Shown: positions 53,177-62,721 of the stretch, piece after piece
Layout: each line of letters begins with the position of its first letter
Numbering within the stretch: position 1 is the first letter of the stretch
NCBI GenBank assembly: GCA_018653315.1
Contig: JABIAL010000037.1
Location: 1,487-65,486, forward strand
Length of the DNA: 64,000 nt
DNA from: a bacterium
GTDB lineage: Bacteria > Patescibacteriota > Patescibacteriia > UBA1558 > GWA2-36-10
Direction of reading: 5' to 3'
Program-made: the position numbers and the translations under genes
The notes under the pieces: model-generated
The model's input: only the letters and a program-made list of their open reading frames with translations
What the model was told of the DNA's origin: nothing
The model's database searches: none

Positions 53177-53192
53177 ATTTTATTTAGCTTGT

Positions 53193-53319
53193 TGTTTACT
53201 CCCTGCCTACCGGACAGGCAGGCGCCTCCCGTTCAGGGCCTAAGCCTTCAGAGCCGAAGGCTGACGGATAATATTTAAAACCCTCAAGCTCCTAAGCATG
53301 AAAAAGGAGCTCGAAGGGA
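53193..53319 (-). other. GC-rich structured region downstream of the MerR gene
   Basis: Hairpin 53281-53318; two-stem element ccgtcag[ccttc..gaagg]..ctgaacggg at 53228-53267. Confidence 0.45.
53202..53222. repeat. Variant of the cctgcc palindrome
   Basis: cctgcctaccggacaggcagg. Confidence 0.85.
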
Positions 53320-53574
53320 TTAAAACAATTGTTTAATCTCCTTAACAGATAATCTTTTTTTGCTTTGGAGATATTCTATTTTTTGTAGCGTGCGAATAGC
53401 TTTATCTGGACTATAAAGACGATAGCCGCCTTGAGTGCGCCCATCTTCTTTTAATAAACCTTCGCGAGTATAAAAATTAATAGCCGACGGCAAAACATCG
53501 AACATCGTCGCCAATGTACCGATTTTTACTAATTTGCTACTCGCTTGTTTGTTTCCAGTTTTTATTTTCCGCAT
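53320..53574 (-). CDS. MerR-type HTH-only protein
   Basis: KIGTLA..F.V..S.I.FY...GLL....RT.GGYRLY; no effector domain. Confidence 0.88.
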   Translation of the reverse strand: MRKIKTGNKQASSKLVKIGTLATMFDVLPSAINFYTREGLLKEDGRTQGGYRLYSPDKAIRTLQKIEYLQSKKRLSVKEIKQLF

Positions 53575-53661
53575 GCTTCTTGCTTGTGATTATAAGCAAT
53601 ATTTATTATAAACCATAAAGTAAGAAGTGTAAAGTAATTAGTAATAGTTTATAGTTAATAT

Positions 53662-53702
53662 AAAAAAATACACCTGTCGTTACAATTCGAACGACAAGTG
53701 TG
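53662..53702 (-). terminator. Terminator of orphan 53728-54159
   Basis: Minus strand cacacttgtcgtt..aacgacaggtgt followed by a T-tract. Confidence 0.7.
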
Positions 53703-53727
53703 CGATTAAAAGTCTTTAAGACTTGAT

Positions 53728-54159
53728 TTACTTAGGAACACCGCCAACCCAATAGCCACCAGGAACGCCTTCTTTGCTACGATCAGCAGCTATACGATGC
53801 TCACCGTTCTTGTTATGAAACGAGGCATAGCACCAATGCCCTACATCTTTCCAATGAACGCCATTAGGATGATCGTCAGCAAAATTAGGATCATTAATAT
53901 TAACTTGTATTTGAGCATAAGGATCGTGGATTAAACCATGCTCATTCAACACACCCTCCAACTCATCTTCACTACAGCGACCAACCACCTCGAGGAAAGC
54001 AACTCTGACAAACTCACCTTCGCCTCTAGGTATAGACCCAATAACGGCGTCGGATATACATTGTTGTTCTCGTCCAATAGACTTAAACAGTTGTTGTGGC
54101 GTCTTGTTACGATCTACGCGAACATCAACGTAGATCAAACCTTGATTTGTTGTTGGCAT
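53728..54159 (-). CDS. Accessory hypothetical protein (143 aa)
   Basis: AAGGGG SD; own promoter and terminator; motif VN..DP.FAD.HPNG.HWKD. Confidence 0.75.
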   Translation of the reverse strand: MPTTNQGLIYVDVRVDRNKTPQQLFKSIGREQQCISDAVIGSIPRGEGEFVRVAFLEVVGRCSEDELEGVLNEHGLIHDPYAQIQVNINDPNFADDHPNGVHWKDVGHWCYASFHNKNGEHRIAADRSKEGVPGGYWVGGVPK

Positions 54160-54207
54160 GATAATGCCCCTTTTTCTTTAGTATTTACTTCCGTAAGTAA
54201 ATAGATG

Positions 54208-54261
54208 GATGTAACGAACCTAACAATATGGTAATATAGCATATATACGCTATTTTGTCAA
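54208..54261 (-). promoter_or_regulatory. sigma70 promoter plus boxA-like motif
   Basis: TTGACA(54261-54256)-N17-TATATT with TG extension; GTTCGTTACA begins 13 nt downstream. Confidence 0.7.
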
Positions 54262-54289
54262 TAAGCAAACAAAAAGCCCCAGCCTAATT

Positions 54290-54387
54290 AACCCCTCCAG
54301 CCTCCCCTTAACAGGGGAGGTTTTTTAGATTAAAAAAGTCCCCCTGTTAAGGGGGATTCCTGCCTGCCGGCAGGCAGGCAGGGGGTT
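54290..54387. repeat. Paired-hairpin (REPIN-like) element interrupted by the 20-bp palindrome
   Basis: aacccctccagcctccccttaacaggggagg ... tccccctgttaagggggatt[cctgcctgccggcaggcagg]cagggggtt. Confidence 0.8.
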
Positions 54388-54403
54388 TAAATTTTAATTT
54401 AAC

Positions 54404-54916
54404 TTACAAACTTTGTTGCCGAGTTATTTCCTTTAATACCTCCGAATCATCGCCAACTTCTTCAATGGAAGTAATCTTACTACGATTGATTTGTAACATT
54501 CCTTGCGGCTGATGCAATTCTGCTCCCCGCTTGATCAAAATCGGCACTTCTATTACTTGATCTTGCGCTCCTTCTTCAGTAGCCGGAACTAATTGTTGCT
54601 CGGTTTGAATATAATAAACTTCATCCAAGTAAACATTAAGCGCATCCTCTTTGATTACTTTAGCAAAATATACTTGTCCATTGTCTAAAAAGACAGCCTT
54701 ATATTTATATTCTTTGTTTAAATTACCTTGAGATAAAAATACTAAAGCTCCTGACAAAACAATAATAACTATAATCAAAGTAAGTGTGATCCATATTTTA
54801 GATCGACCACTTCTTGGTTTTCTGGCTACAAATTGCTCAAAATCTTCTAATTCTTCTGCTACTTTAACTGGTCTGGCGGTAGCTGCTCTTGGCTTTGTTG
54901 TTTTTTTGACTGGCAT
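54404..54916 (-). CDS. Hypothetical single-TM protein
   Basis: YKAVFLDNGQVYF..L..VYY..LIKRG.ELH.P motif; start at MPVKK (54916). Confidence 0.75.
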   Translation of the reverse strand: MPVKKTTKPRAATARPVKVAEELEDFEQFVARKPRSGRSKIWITLTLIIVIIVLSGALVFLSQGNLNKEYKYKAVFLDNGQVYFAKVIKEDALNVYLDEVYYIQTEQQLVPATEEGAQDQVIEVPILIKRGAELHQPQGMLQINRSKITSIEEVGDDSEVLKEITRQQSL

Positions 54917-55046
54917 AATAAATAAAATTAAATATTTTTTAGTACATTGATTATATATCAAGCTAGAGATTTTGCCAAGAGACAATTTTACAAATCTTCC
55001 CTTGTATATTATGATAATTAATAATTAAATATAAAGAAGAAAAGCG

Positions 55047-56105
55047 ATGTTAGATCAAGAAAAGTATTGTTTATTTTATTTGAAAAATATTCATGGCCTA
55101 AAAGAAAGTTTGTTGTGGAATTATTTAAGAGACGGATTTTTGCCGAGCGAACTTTTGCAACAGCCACCAAAGGAAATTTCTCAATTAATAAACTCTGCTA
55201 AACAAAATAAACAGTCTGACGCAAAAATCCGCCAAGAATTTCCACCTTACCAAAATGCTGTAAGTATCCTGGATGATAATTATCCTGAATTATTGAAAAC
55301 AATTTTTGATCCACCGCTCTTTTTATTTCACCAAGGAAATTTGGATCTATTAAAAAGCGAATATTTATTAACTATTGTTGGCTCACGTACTTTGACTCAA
55401 TACCATCAAGCAACTTTAAACTCTTTGATCAAAGATCTAGCGAACACACCAATAATAATTGTCAGTGGATTAGCATATGGCATTGATGCTTTAGCACATT
55501 CTGCCGCTTTAGATAATAATTTACCAACTATCGCTGTTTTGGGATCTGGCTTTGATGATAATGTTTTATACCCCCGACAAAATCTTAATTTAGCTAAAAA
55601 AATTATAACTGCCAATGGCTTAATCTTATCTGAATATCCACCAAGCACTAAAGGAGCTGTTTATCAGTTTCCGAAACGAAATCGTATTTTAGCTGGCTTA
55701 AGCCGTTGTACTATGGTTATTTCTGGGGCTAAAAAATCTGGCACTCTAATAACTGCCCAATGTGCTTTAGATAATGGTCGAGAAGTTTATGCTTTGCCAG
55801 GTAATATAAATCTAACTTTATCACAAGGACCAAATAACTTAATTGAACAAGGCGCTAATATTTTATTAACTAGTGCTAACATTTTACAAATTTATGATCT
55901 AGCAACAAATAAAACTGAAATGACTATTAAACTTGATTCCCAACAAAATCAGGTTTATCAACTACTAAAAATTCAAGCTCATACTTTAGAGCAGCTACAA
56001 ACTCAAACAAAACTTGATTTTCAAATCGTACAACAGCTAGTAGCTCAATTAGAACTTATGAACTTGGCTAGGCTCAATAAATTTAACCAAATAGAAATAA
56101 TATGA
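55047..56105 (+). CDS. dprA: DNA processing protein DprA
   Basis: YP.LL..I.DPP, VGSR, SGLAYGID..AH, FP.RNRI.AG, SGTLITA. Confidence 0.95.
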   Translation: MLDQEKYCLFYLKNIHGLKESLLWNYLRDGFLPSELLQQPPKEISQLINSAKQNKQSDAKIRQEFPPYQNAVSILDDNYPELLKTIFDPPLFLFHQGNLDLLKSEYLLTIVGSRTLTQYHQATLNSLIKDLANTPIIIVSGLAYGIDALAHSAALDNNLPTIAVLGSGFDDNVLYPRQNLNLAKKIITANGLILSEYPPSTKGAVYQFPKRNRILAGLSRCTMVISGAKKSGTLITAQCALDNGREVYALPGNINLTLSQGPNNLIEQGANILLTSANILQIYDLATNKTEMTIKLDSQQNQVYQLLKIQAHTLEQLQTQTKLDFQIVQQLVAQLELMNLARLNKFNQIEII

Positions 56106-56740
56106 TTACTTTTTCTCAAGAACAAAAAATTAATTTACTTAAATACGTTTTTATTGCCACTATCTTATTGGTCAATATACTTGGCTCAAAAATAATGACC
56201 CTTGGCACTATTAATATCTCGGTAGCTATCTGGTTGCTACCTATTTTATTTTTAATCACCGACATCTTAGAAGAAGTTAAAGGTGCTCACACTGTCCGCA
56301 ACTTAGTTTTTTCTAGTGCGGCTATTTTATTATTCTCTTTCCTATTTATCCAACTAACTGTTTATATCACACCAGCCGAACGTTATACTCATAACGATGC
56401 CTTTGTTACTATCTTTCAAAATTCTAGTCGAATGATTATAGCCTCTATCTTTGCTTTCGTCATTGGTCAAATGCATGATATCTGGGCTTTTGACTTTTGG
56501 AAAAAGAAAACTCACGGAAAATACTTGTGGTTACGAAATAATTTATCTACTGGGGTTAGTCAATTTATCGACACAACAATCTTTATTTTCCTAGCTTTTT
56601 ATCAGATTAGCCCAAAATTTGACTTTGCTTTTATGTGGAAGTTGATTTTACCCTATTATGCTGTAAAATTAGTACTAGCGTTCTTAGATACTCCTTTTGT
56701 CTACCTAGGAGTCAAATGGCTTAAAAAATCACCCAAGTAA
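56102..56740 (+). CDS. yhhQ: Queuosine precursor transporter (YhhQ/VUT family)
   Basis: TDILEEVKG, R..IAS..AF..GQ..D, LWLRNN.ST.VSQ.IDT, DTPFVY. Confidence 0.9.
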   Translation: MITFSQEQKINLLKYVFIATILLVNILGSKIMTLGTINISVAIWLLPILFLITDILEEVKGAHTVRNLVFSSAAILLFSFLFIQLTVYITPAERYTHNDAFVTIFQNSSRMIIASIFAFVIGQMHDIWAFDFWKKKTHGKYLWLRNNLSTGVSQFIDTTIFIFLAFYQISPKFDFAFMWKLILPYYAVKLVLAFLDTPFVYLGVKWLKKSPK

Positions 56741-58045
56741 ATGAAGAAGACCAATCACACATATCAAAAAGATGTTAGCTGGCTAGAATCGACAGCTAAT
56801 TTGCCGACCAAAAATTTTATGTTAGATACTCATGATCGACAGATTTTTTTGATCCGCGTTCAAAACTTTTTAAACTTGCTTGGTAATCCAGAAAAAAAAT
56901 TAAAGTTTATTCATCTAGCTGGCACGGCTGGCAAAGGGTCAACTGTAACTGTTTTACAAAACCTAATGGTCGATGCTGATTTAACAGTAGGCTCATATAC
57001 CTCTCCCTTTGCTACCACCACTATCGAAAAACTACGAATTAATGATAAACTTATTTCGCCTAAAATTCTTCACCAAATTATTGAAGATAAAATAAAACCC
57101 GGCTTAGATAAATATATTTTAAAATACAAAACTGAAACTCCTTCTTATTTTGAAATCTTTTTATGTATTGGCTTTCTATATTTTGTTCAAGAAAAATGTG
57201 ACTGGGTAATTTTAGAAGCCGGACTAGGCGGAACGCATGATGCTACCAATGTTATAAAAAATCCCGTTGTTATTGCTATCACTAATATTGGTTTAGATCA
57301 TATGGAACTTTTAGGTAACACCAAAACAAAAATTGCCGCTGACAAAGCTGGCATCATAAAAAAAGATTCATACTTCTTAACCAGTGAGCAATCACCGCAG
57401 ATAAAAAATCTTTTGCTTAATATAGCTAATAAACGAAAAGCTAAAATTGTAGAACTAAAAGATTTGAGCTCAGAATATAAAAGTGGCTTATACTTTCAAA
57501 CTAAACAACAACAAAATAATCTTAACTTGGCTTTAAATATTTTAAACACTCTAAAAATAAAACCACAGCAAACTCAAAAGGTAATTAATAATTTTCGCAT
57601 GACTTGCCGACAGGAAATTATGCAAGTCAATCCTCTAGTGGTACTTGATGGCGCTCACAATAATGACAAGCTTGGTAATTTAGTTGATTTTATTAAAACA
57701 CTAAAGTATAAAAAGCTACACCTCATCTTGGGATTAGCAGCAGATAAAAATTATCAAACAGCTCTGAAACAAATATTACCATTGACTCATAAACTATACC
57801 TAACTAGATTTCTGATCATTCATCGTAAAACAGCAGACCTACGTCAATTAGCTGCTGATTGTAAAAAAGTAAAAAATATTACTACGCAAATTTTTCACGA
57901 TCCCGAACAAGCTTTGGCTGCTGCTTTAAAAAATGCTCACAAAAATGATTTAATAATCATAGCCGGTTCATTTTTCTTAGCTGGTGAGCTTAGGAAACAC
58001 TGGATCAGTGAACAATATATTATTGAAAATCTACGTACTAAATAA
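56741..58045 (+). CDS. folC: Folylpolyglutamate synthase-like Mur ligase
   Basis: HLAGTAGKGS, YTSP, EAGLGG..DATN, KAGIIK, LDGAHN, GSFFL. Confidence 0.88.
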   Translation: MKKTNHTYQKDVSWLESTANLPTKNFMLDTHDRQIFLIRVQNFLNLLGNPEKKLKFIHLAGTAGKGSTVTVLQNLMVDADLTVGSYTSPFATTTIEKLRINDKLISPKILHQIIEDKIKPGLDKYILKYKTETPSYFEIFLCIGFLYFVQEKCDWVILEAGLGGTHDATNVIKNPVVIAITNIGLDHMELLGNTKTKIAADKAGIIKKDSYFLTSEQSPQIKNLLLNIANKRKAKIVELKDLSSEYKSGLYFQTKQQQNNLNLALNILNTLKIKPQQTQKVINNFRMTCRQEIMQVNPLVVLDGAHNNDKLGNLVDFIKTLKYKKLHLILGLAADKNYQTALKQILPLTHKLYLTRFLIIHRKTADLRQLAADCKKVKNITTQIFHDPEQALAAALKNAHKNDLIIIAGSFFLAGELRKHWISEQYIIENLRTK

Positions 58046-58071
58046 TAGGATAAAAAAATAAAAATAAACAA

Positions 58072-60075
58072 GTGTCCAAAAGTATCAAATACAATTTAAT
58101 ATTCACCGTGCTGTTTTTTGGTCTGTTTGTGACTTATTTCGCCATTTACTCCTATCTACTACAGCTAAACATCTCTTATTTACATCTGACATTCATTGCA
58201 ATGTTTAGCATCTCTTACATCGTTTTGCTTAATTTTATCAACAAACAATGGTGGTATTTTATTTGCTATATAGGAATAACAATTTTATTATTATTTAGTT
58301 TAGTCAATTTTGCTTATTTTCAAATTTTCAAAAATTTTATTGTATTTGGTCCAAATCAAATTAGCCAAGTTAACTCTGGTTTACTATATATTTTTCAAGA
58401 TTTTTATCATCTAGTCCCTAATACATTGTATACATCTGGTGCCTTACTTTTAGTGGCTGTGATTATTTTGGCTAGTATCTATTTAGAAATTAAAATAAAA
58501 AGAAAGATTGGAGATTTACTATTTCAAAATACCAAATTTAAAATTTTTATCAAAATACCATCACGGCCAATTAAAAAAATATTATTAGCTCTCTTATTTT
58601 TTGTTATAATAAATTTTAGTATTTTTAATTTTGTTAGCTATTTACAAAATAATCCAAAGCAAAACTGGTGGAAGAATGCCCAAAAATTAAATGAGATCGG
58701 GTTTTTAGGAGATTTTTATGAACAACTTTTTAGCCCATGGATCACCACCCAAGCAAAAAATGAAAACTCCAGCACAATGGCTACAACTGAAAAATCAAAT
58801 GACAAAAAAATTGCTGAAAAAAAATATATACTACCAGAAGATATCTTAGAACAAACAAAATATATTTACCAAACAATTTTACCTGACTTAGCAAAGACTA
58901 CAAACAAAATTATTGGCCTTCCTCAGATAGCACCAGACACAAATGTTTTGATTATCCAATTAGAGTCTGTCAGCGACTGGGCAATAAACAACGACCCGTC
59001 ACCAATGCCATTTTTAAAATCTTTAATCAAAGACAACATTTCTGTAGATAATTTTCACGCTAACAGTTGTCAAACGGTCAATGCCGAATTTACTTCTTTG
59101 TGTGGTTATTGGCCTGACTCTGAAGGCACAATTGATAGCACCCATCTTCAAAATGATTTTAACTGCTTGCCTCAAACTCTAAAAGATAAAAATTATGAAA
59201 GTTATTATTTTCATTCTGATTTACCAAATTTTTATAGCCGCGATGTGTTACTACCAAAATGGTCATTTGATTACACTTATCTCACTCCATACTTTCGACA
59301 AAAAGAAGATGATGAGTTTGTCTTTTTACACTCGCTAGACATTCTAGCAGAAAGTGAAAAACCATTCCTAGCTTATGTCTTGAGTTTTACTACTCACTCT
59401 CCTCACAATGATGAGCTGATAGATTATAATCTCGAAAAAAATAATCTAAAAATCACTCCTTGGCGTGATAAATTAAATCCGGAATACGTAGAATTACTTG
59501 AATCTGAAAAACATCGATATGAAAATAAAAAATTAATAGAAAACTATTATGGTTTTTTAAAAACTACTGATGATGCTCTCAAGGCAACCTTTACTAAATT
59601 ATCTGAATTGGATATGTTGAATGACACCTTAATCGTAATACATAACGACCATCGATTTTATAGTTTCTTTTCTGATGACTTCAAAGGCTGGCAACAATAT
59701 AATCTAATGCCCTTTGTAATAATCACGCCAGAAAAAGATAAAATGCTAATCCAAGACACCGCTTCACATCTAGATATTGCCCCTACTATTTTACATCTAC
59801 TTAATCAAGATACAACTAAAATTCCGCAACATTTTACTGGCCATAGTTTATTTGCAGACGATTTTCCTAATCAGGTCCTAAACAAATGTTTAGATAATGT
59901 TTATTATGCAAATAAAGATCTACTAATTGAAGGTAGCAACAAATCAAACATTTATCATATGTCCAAAGAACCTCAAAATATGACAAGTGAAAACAAAGAA
60001 AATTGGCTAAGCTGGGTCAAAACATTAGCACAAACAAGCGATCAAGTTTTAGATCAAAACAAGTTACAACCATAA
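58072..60075 (+). CDS. LTA synthase/sulfatase family membrane protein
   Basis: Five N-terminal TM helices; QLES, TVNAEF, TTHSPH, DH, DIAPTIL; GTG start. Confidence 0.85.
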   Translation: MSKSIKYNLIFTVLFFGLFVTYFAIYSYLLQLNISYLHLTFIAMFSISYIVLLNFINKQWWYFICYIGITILLLFSLVNFAYFQIFKNFIVFGPNQISQVNSGLLYIFQDFYHLVPNTLYTSGALLLVAVIILASIYLEIKIKRKIGDLLFQNTKFKIFIKIPSRPIKKILLALLFFVIINFSIFNFVSYLQNNPKQNWWKNAQKLNEIGFLGDFYEQLFSPWITTQAKNENSSTMATTEKSNDKKIAEKKYILPEDILEQTKYIYQTILPDLAKTTNKIIGLPQIAPDTNVLIIQLESVSDWAINNDPSPMPFLKSLIKDNISVDNFHANSCQTVNAEFTSLCGYWPDSEGTIDSTHLQNDFNCLPQTLKDKNYESYYFHSDLPNFYSRDVLLPKWSFDYTYLTPYFRQKEDDEFVFLHSLDILAESEKPFLAYVLSFTTHSPHNDELIDYNLEKNNLKITPWRDKLNPEYVELLESEKHRYENKKLIENYYGFLKTTDDALKATFTKLSELDMLNDTLIVIHNDHRFYSFFSDDFKGWQQYNLMPFVIITPEKDKMLIQDTASHLDIAPTILHLLNQDTTKIPQHFTGHSLFADDFPNQVLNKCLDNVYYANKDLLIEGSNKSNIYHMSKEPQNMTSENKENWLSWVKTLAQTSDQVLDQNKLQP

Positions 60076-60140
60076 GGTCCTTGTCAAAAACGCAAGTTTA
60101 TTGTATAGTCAAAATCAAAATATTAAGATAAATATCAATT

Positions 60141-62342
60141 ATGCCAGATTTAATCATCGTTGAGTCCCCTACTAAAGCTAAAACTATTAAAGGTTTTTTA
60201 GGAAAGGACTATAAAGTAGAATCAAGTTTCGGCCATGTTCGTGACTTACCTAAAAGCAAATTAGGAGTAGATGTTGAAAATAACTTCGCTCCATCTTATG
60301 AGGTGCCTACTAAAGCAAAAAAACGAGTTAGTGAACTAAAAGCTTTAGCTAAAAAAGCTGACATAGTTTATTTCGCAACTGATGAAGATCGAGAAGGAGA
60401 AGCAATTAGCTGGCACTTACAAGAGCTACTAAATATTCCTGTGGAAAAACAACGCCGTATTGCTTTCCATGAAATTACTAAGAAGGCTATTTTGAATGCC
60501 TTGGAAAATCCTAGAAAACTAGATGACAACTTAGTTGATGCCCAACAAGCTCGCCGAGTTTTAGACAGATTAGTTGGTTATAAACTTTCTCCATTATTAT
60601 GGAAAAAAGTAACTAAAGGATTATCAGCCGGACGCGTACAATCTGCAGCCTTAAGATTGATTGTTGAACGTGAAGAAGAACGTAACAACTTTAAAAAAGA
60701 AGAATACTGGACAGTAGAAGGAGAGGCTGCCAAAGATAAGCCAAACTTTAAAATTTCCTTATGGCAAAAAGATAACAAATCTATCTCAAAATTTGATCTA
60801 GATGAAAAGCTTGCTAATCAAGCAGTCACGGATATTAAACCAGCAAAATTAATCATCAATAAAGTTGACGCTAAAGAACATACAAAGTCTCCTTTAGCTC
60901 CTTTTACTACATCTACTTTACAACAAGAAGCAAATAGACGTTTTGGCTATTCGGCTAAACAAACCATGATGGTAGCCCAACAACTATACGAGGGTTTAAG
61001 CTTAGGCGAAAAAGGAAACGCCGGTCTAATCACATACATGCGTACTGATTCCAAAAATTTGTCAGCTGAATTTGTCAGTGATGCTTTGGATTATGTAAAA
61101 AATAAATTAGGAGAAAAATATATTGTAGCTGGTGGTCGCACTTTTAAAAAGAAAAGTAAACTAGCTCAAGAAGCTCATGAGGCTATTCGACCAACTGATG
61201 TCCAACTAGTGCCAGAAGAAATCAAAGAACATTTAGATAGCAAACAATTCAAAGTTTATCAATTGATTTGGCAACGAGCCGTTGCTTCACAAATGTCAGA
61301 TGCCATTACTGAAACTACTAGTGTTGGCATTGAAGCCAAAGACACCATCTGGACTCTAAAAACCGTTGGCACAGTAACTAAATTTGCTGGTTGGCGAGCC
61401 GTTTACCAATCTAATGGTGAAGACAATGAATTACCGACTTTGGCTATTGGTGATGAGCTAGAACTGAAAACTCTAGATGCTTTACAACATTTTACTTCTC
61501 CTCCAGCCCAATATTCAGAAGCCGGATTAGTAAAAGAAATGGAAAAATTGGGCATTGGTCGCCCATCTACTTATGCGCCAACTATTGCAACTTTAGTTAG
61601 TCGCCAATATGTAGATAAAGTAGATAAAAGATTAGCACCAACTGAAATTGCTATTATTGTTATTAAATTATTAGTCGAACATTTTTCTGATATTGTTGAT
61701 TATAATTTTACTGCTGAAATGGAAGATGATTTAGATCGTATTGCTGACGGTAAAAAAACTTGGCAACCAATTATCAAAGAATTTTACGAACCTTTTATCA
61801 CTAACTTAGAAAAGAAAGAAAAAGAATTAGATAAGAAAAAAATCACCGAAACTGCTACCGATGAGAAATGTGAGAAATGTGATAGTCCAATGGTGATTAA
61901 ACTTGGTCGTTTTGGAAAATTTTTGGCTTGTTCGAACTACCCAGATTGCAAGAGCACTAAACCAATTAATGAAAAAGGTGAAATCGAAGAACCAGAAACA
62001 ACCGATGAAAAATGTGAAACTTGTGGGGCTGACATGATGTTTAAACATGGTCGCTTTGGAAAATTTTTGGCTTGCTCAAATTATCCAAAATGTAAAACAA
62101 CTAAACAAGTCAATAAAGAAGTTGGCATCAAATGTACAAAATGCGACAAAGGACAAATGGTAGAAAAACGTAGTAAGCGTGGCAAAACATTTTTCAGTTG
62201 TGACCAATATCCAAAATGTGAACATGCTGTTTGGACTAAACCAACTGGTGAATTCTGTCCGGAATGTAAACAACTTTTATTATTTGCTGCTAAAGATAAA
62301 GTAAAGTGTGAAGAATGTGACTTCACTAAAGACCAAGAATAA
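60141..62342 (+). CDS. topA: DNA topoisomerase I
   Basis: VESPTK, DEDREGE, SAGRVQS, ITYMRTDS, AHEAIRP, GIGRPSTY, C-terminal Zn ribbons. Confidence 0.98.
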   Translation: MPDLIIVESPTKAKTIKGFLGKDYKVESSFGHVRDLPKSKLGVDVENNFAPSYEVPTKAKKRVSELKALAKKADIVYFATDEDREGEAISWHLQELLNIPVEKQRRIAFHEITKKAILNALENPRKLDDNLVDAQQARRVLDRLVGYKLSPLLWKKVTKGLSAGRVQSAALRLIVEREEERNNFKKEEYWTVEGEAAKDKPNFKISLWQKDNKSISKFDLDEKLANQAVTDIKPAKLIINKVDAKEHTKSPLAPFTTSTLQQEANRRFGYSAKQTMMVAQQLYEGLSLGEKGNAGLITYMRTDSKNLSAEFVSDALDYVKNKLGEKYIVAGGRTFKKKSKLAQEAHEAIRPTDVQLVPEEIKEHLDSKQFKVYQLIWQRAVASQMSDAITETTSVGIEAKDTIWTLKTVGTVTKFAGWRAVYQSNGEDNELPTLAIGDELELKTLDALQHFTSPPAQYSEAGLVKEMEKLGIGRPSTYAPTIATLVSRQYVDKVDKRLAPTEIAIIVIKLLVEHFSDIVDYNFTAEMEDDLDRIADGKKTWQPIIKEFYEPFITNLEKKEKELDKKKITETATDEKCEKCDSPMVIKLGRFGKFLACSNYPDCKSTKPINEKGEIEEPETTDEKCETCGADMMFKHGRFGKFLACSNYPKCKTTKQVNKEVGIKCTKCDKGQMVEKRSKRGKTFFSCDQYPKCEHAVWTKPTGEFCPECKQLLLFAAKDKVKCEECDFTKDQE

Positions 62343-62388
62343 CCCTTCGGCGACTCGGCTGAGTTCGCCGTGGCCTGATGCTCGGGGT
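62342..62388. repeat. Nested REP-like element at the topA stop
   Basis: acccttcggcg[actcggctgagttcgccgtggcct]gatgctcggggt. Confidence 0.8.
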
Positions 62389-62402
62389 AAATAAATTTGA
62401 GT

Positions 62403-62442
62403 AAAAAAAGAAAGCCCTGTCTCACTGAGACGGGGCTTTTTC
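62403..62442. terminator. Bidirectional terminator
   Basis: aaagccctgtctc-act-gagacggggcttt with A and T tracts. Confidence 0.8.
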
Positions 62443-62456
62443 ATTTCCTTGTGCCG

Positions 62457-62681
62457 TTATGGCACCCTCAATCCACTGACGGGAAGAGGCCAAGCAGGTT
62501 CACCCGGCATTCGAACGACCATGTGTTGAGTCACGGGCCTGAACTCGATACAAAAACCCACATTGCCATCTTCATCGATAACACTGGCACTACGACTAGC
62601 AAGGTCGCGCAACTGTTCTTGAGAACCCTGCTCCAGACAAAACCCGGAAGTCATCTGATCAACCCCTGAAGTGTAAGACAT
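62457..62681 (-). CDS. Orphan protein (74 aa, MSYTSG...)
   Basis: AAGGA SD before the ATG at 62681; stop just before the terminator. Confidence 0.6.
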   Translation of the reverse strand: MSYTSGVDQMTSGFCLEQGSQEQLRDLASRSASVIDEDGNVGFCIEFRPVTQHMVVRMPGEPAWPLPVSGLRVP

Positions 62682-62721
62682 GTGATTCCTTTCTATTCTG
62701 TGGTGAAAACTGTGGTGAAAA

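Noticed and set aside
52956-53319. T-box riboswitch for ileS
   Set aside because: No T-box antiterminator consensus or stem I motifs; the structure is explained by repeats and the MerR-linked element.
56910-56945. FolC P-loop GTAGKGS instead of GTNGKGS
   Set aside because: The Lys and the other motifs are intact; a single substitution is not enough to argue altered function.
61850-62100. Direct repeat in the topA 3' region (GRFGKFLACSNYP twice)
   Set aside because: Ordinary tandem Zn-ribbon domains of TopA.
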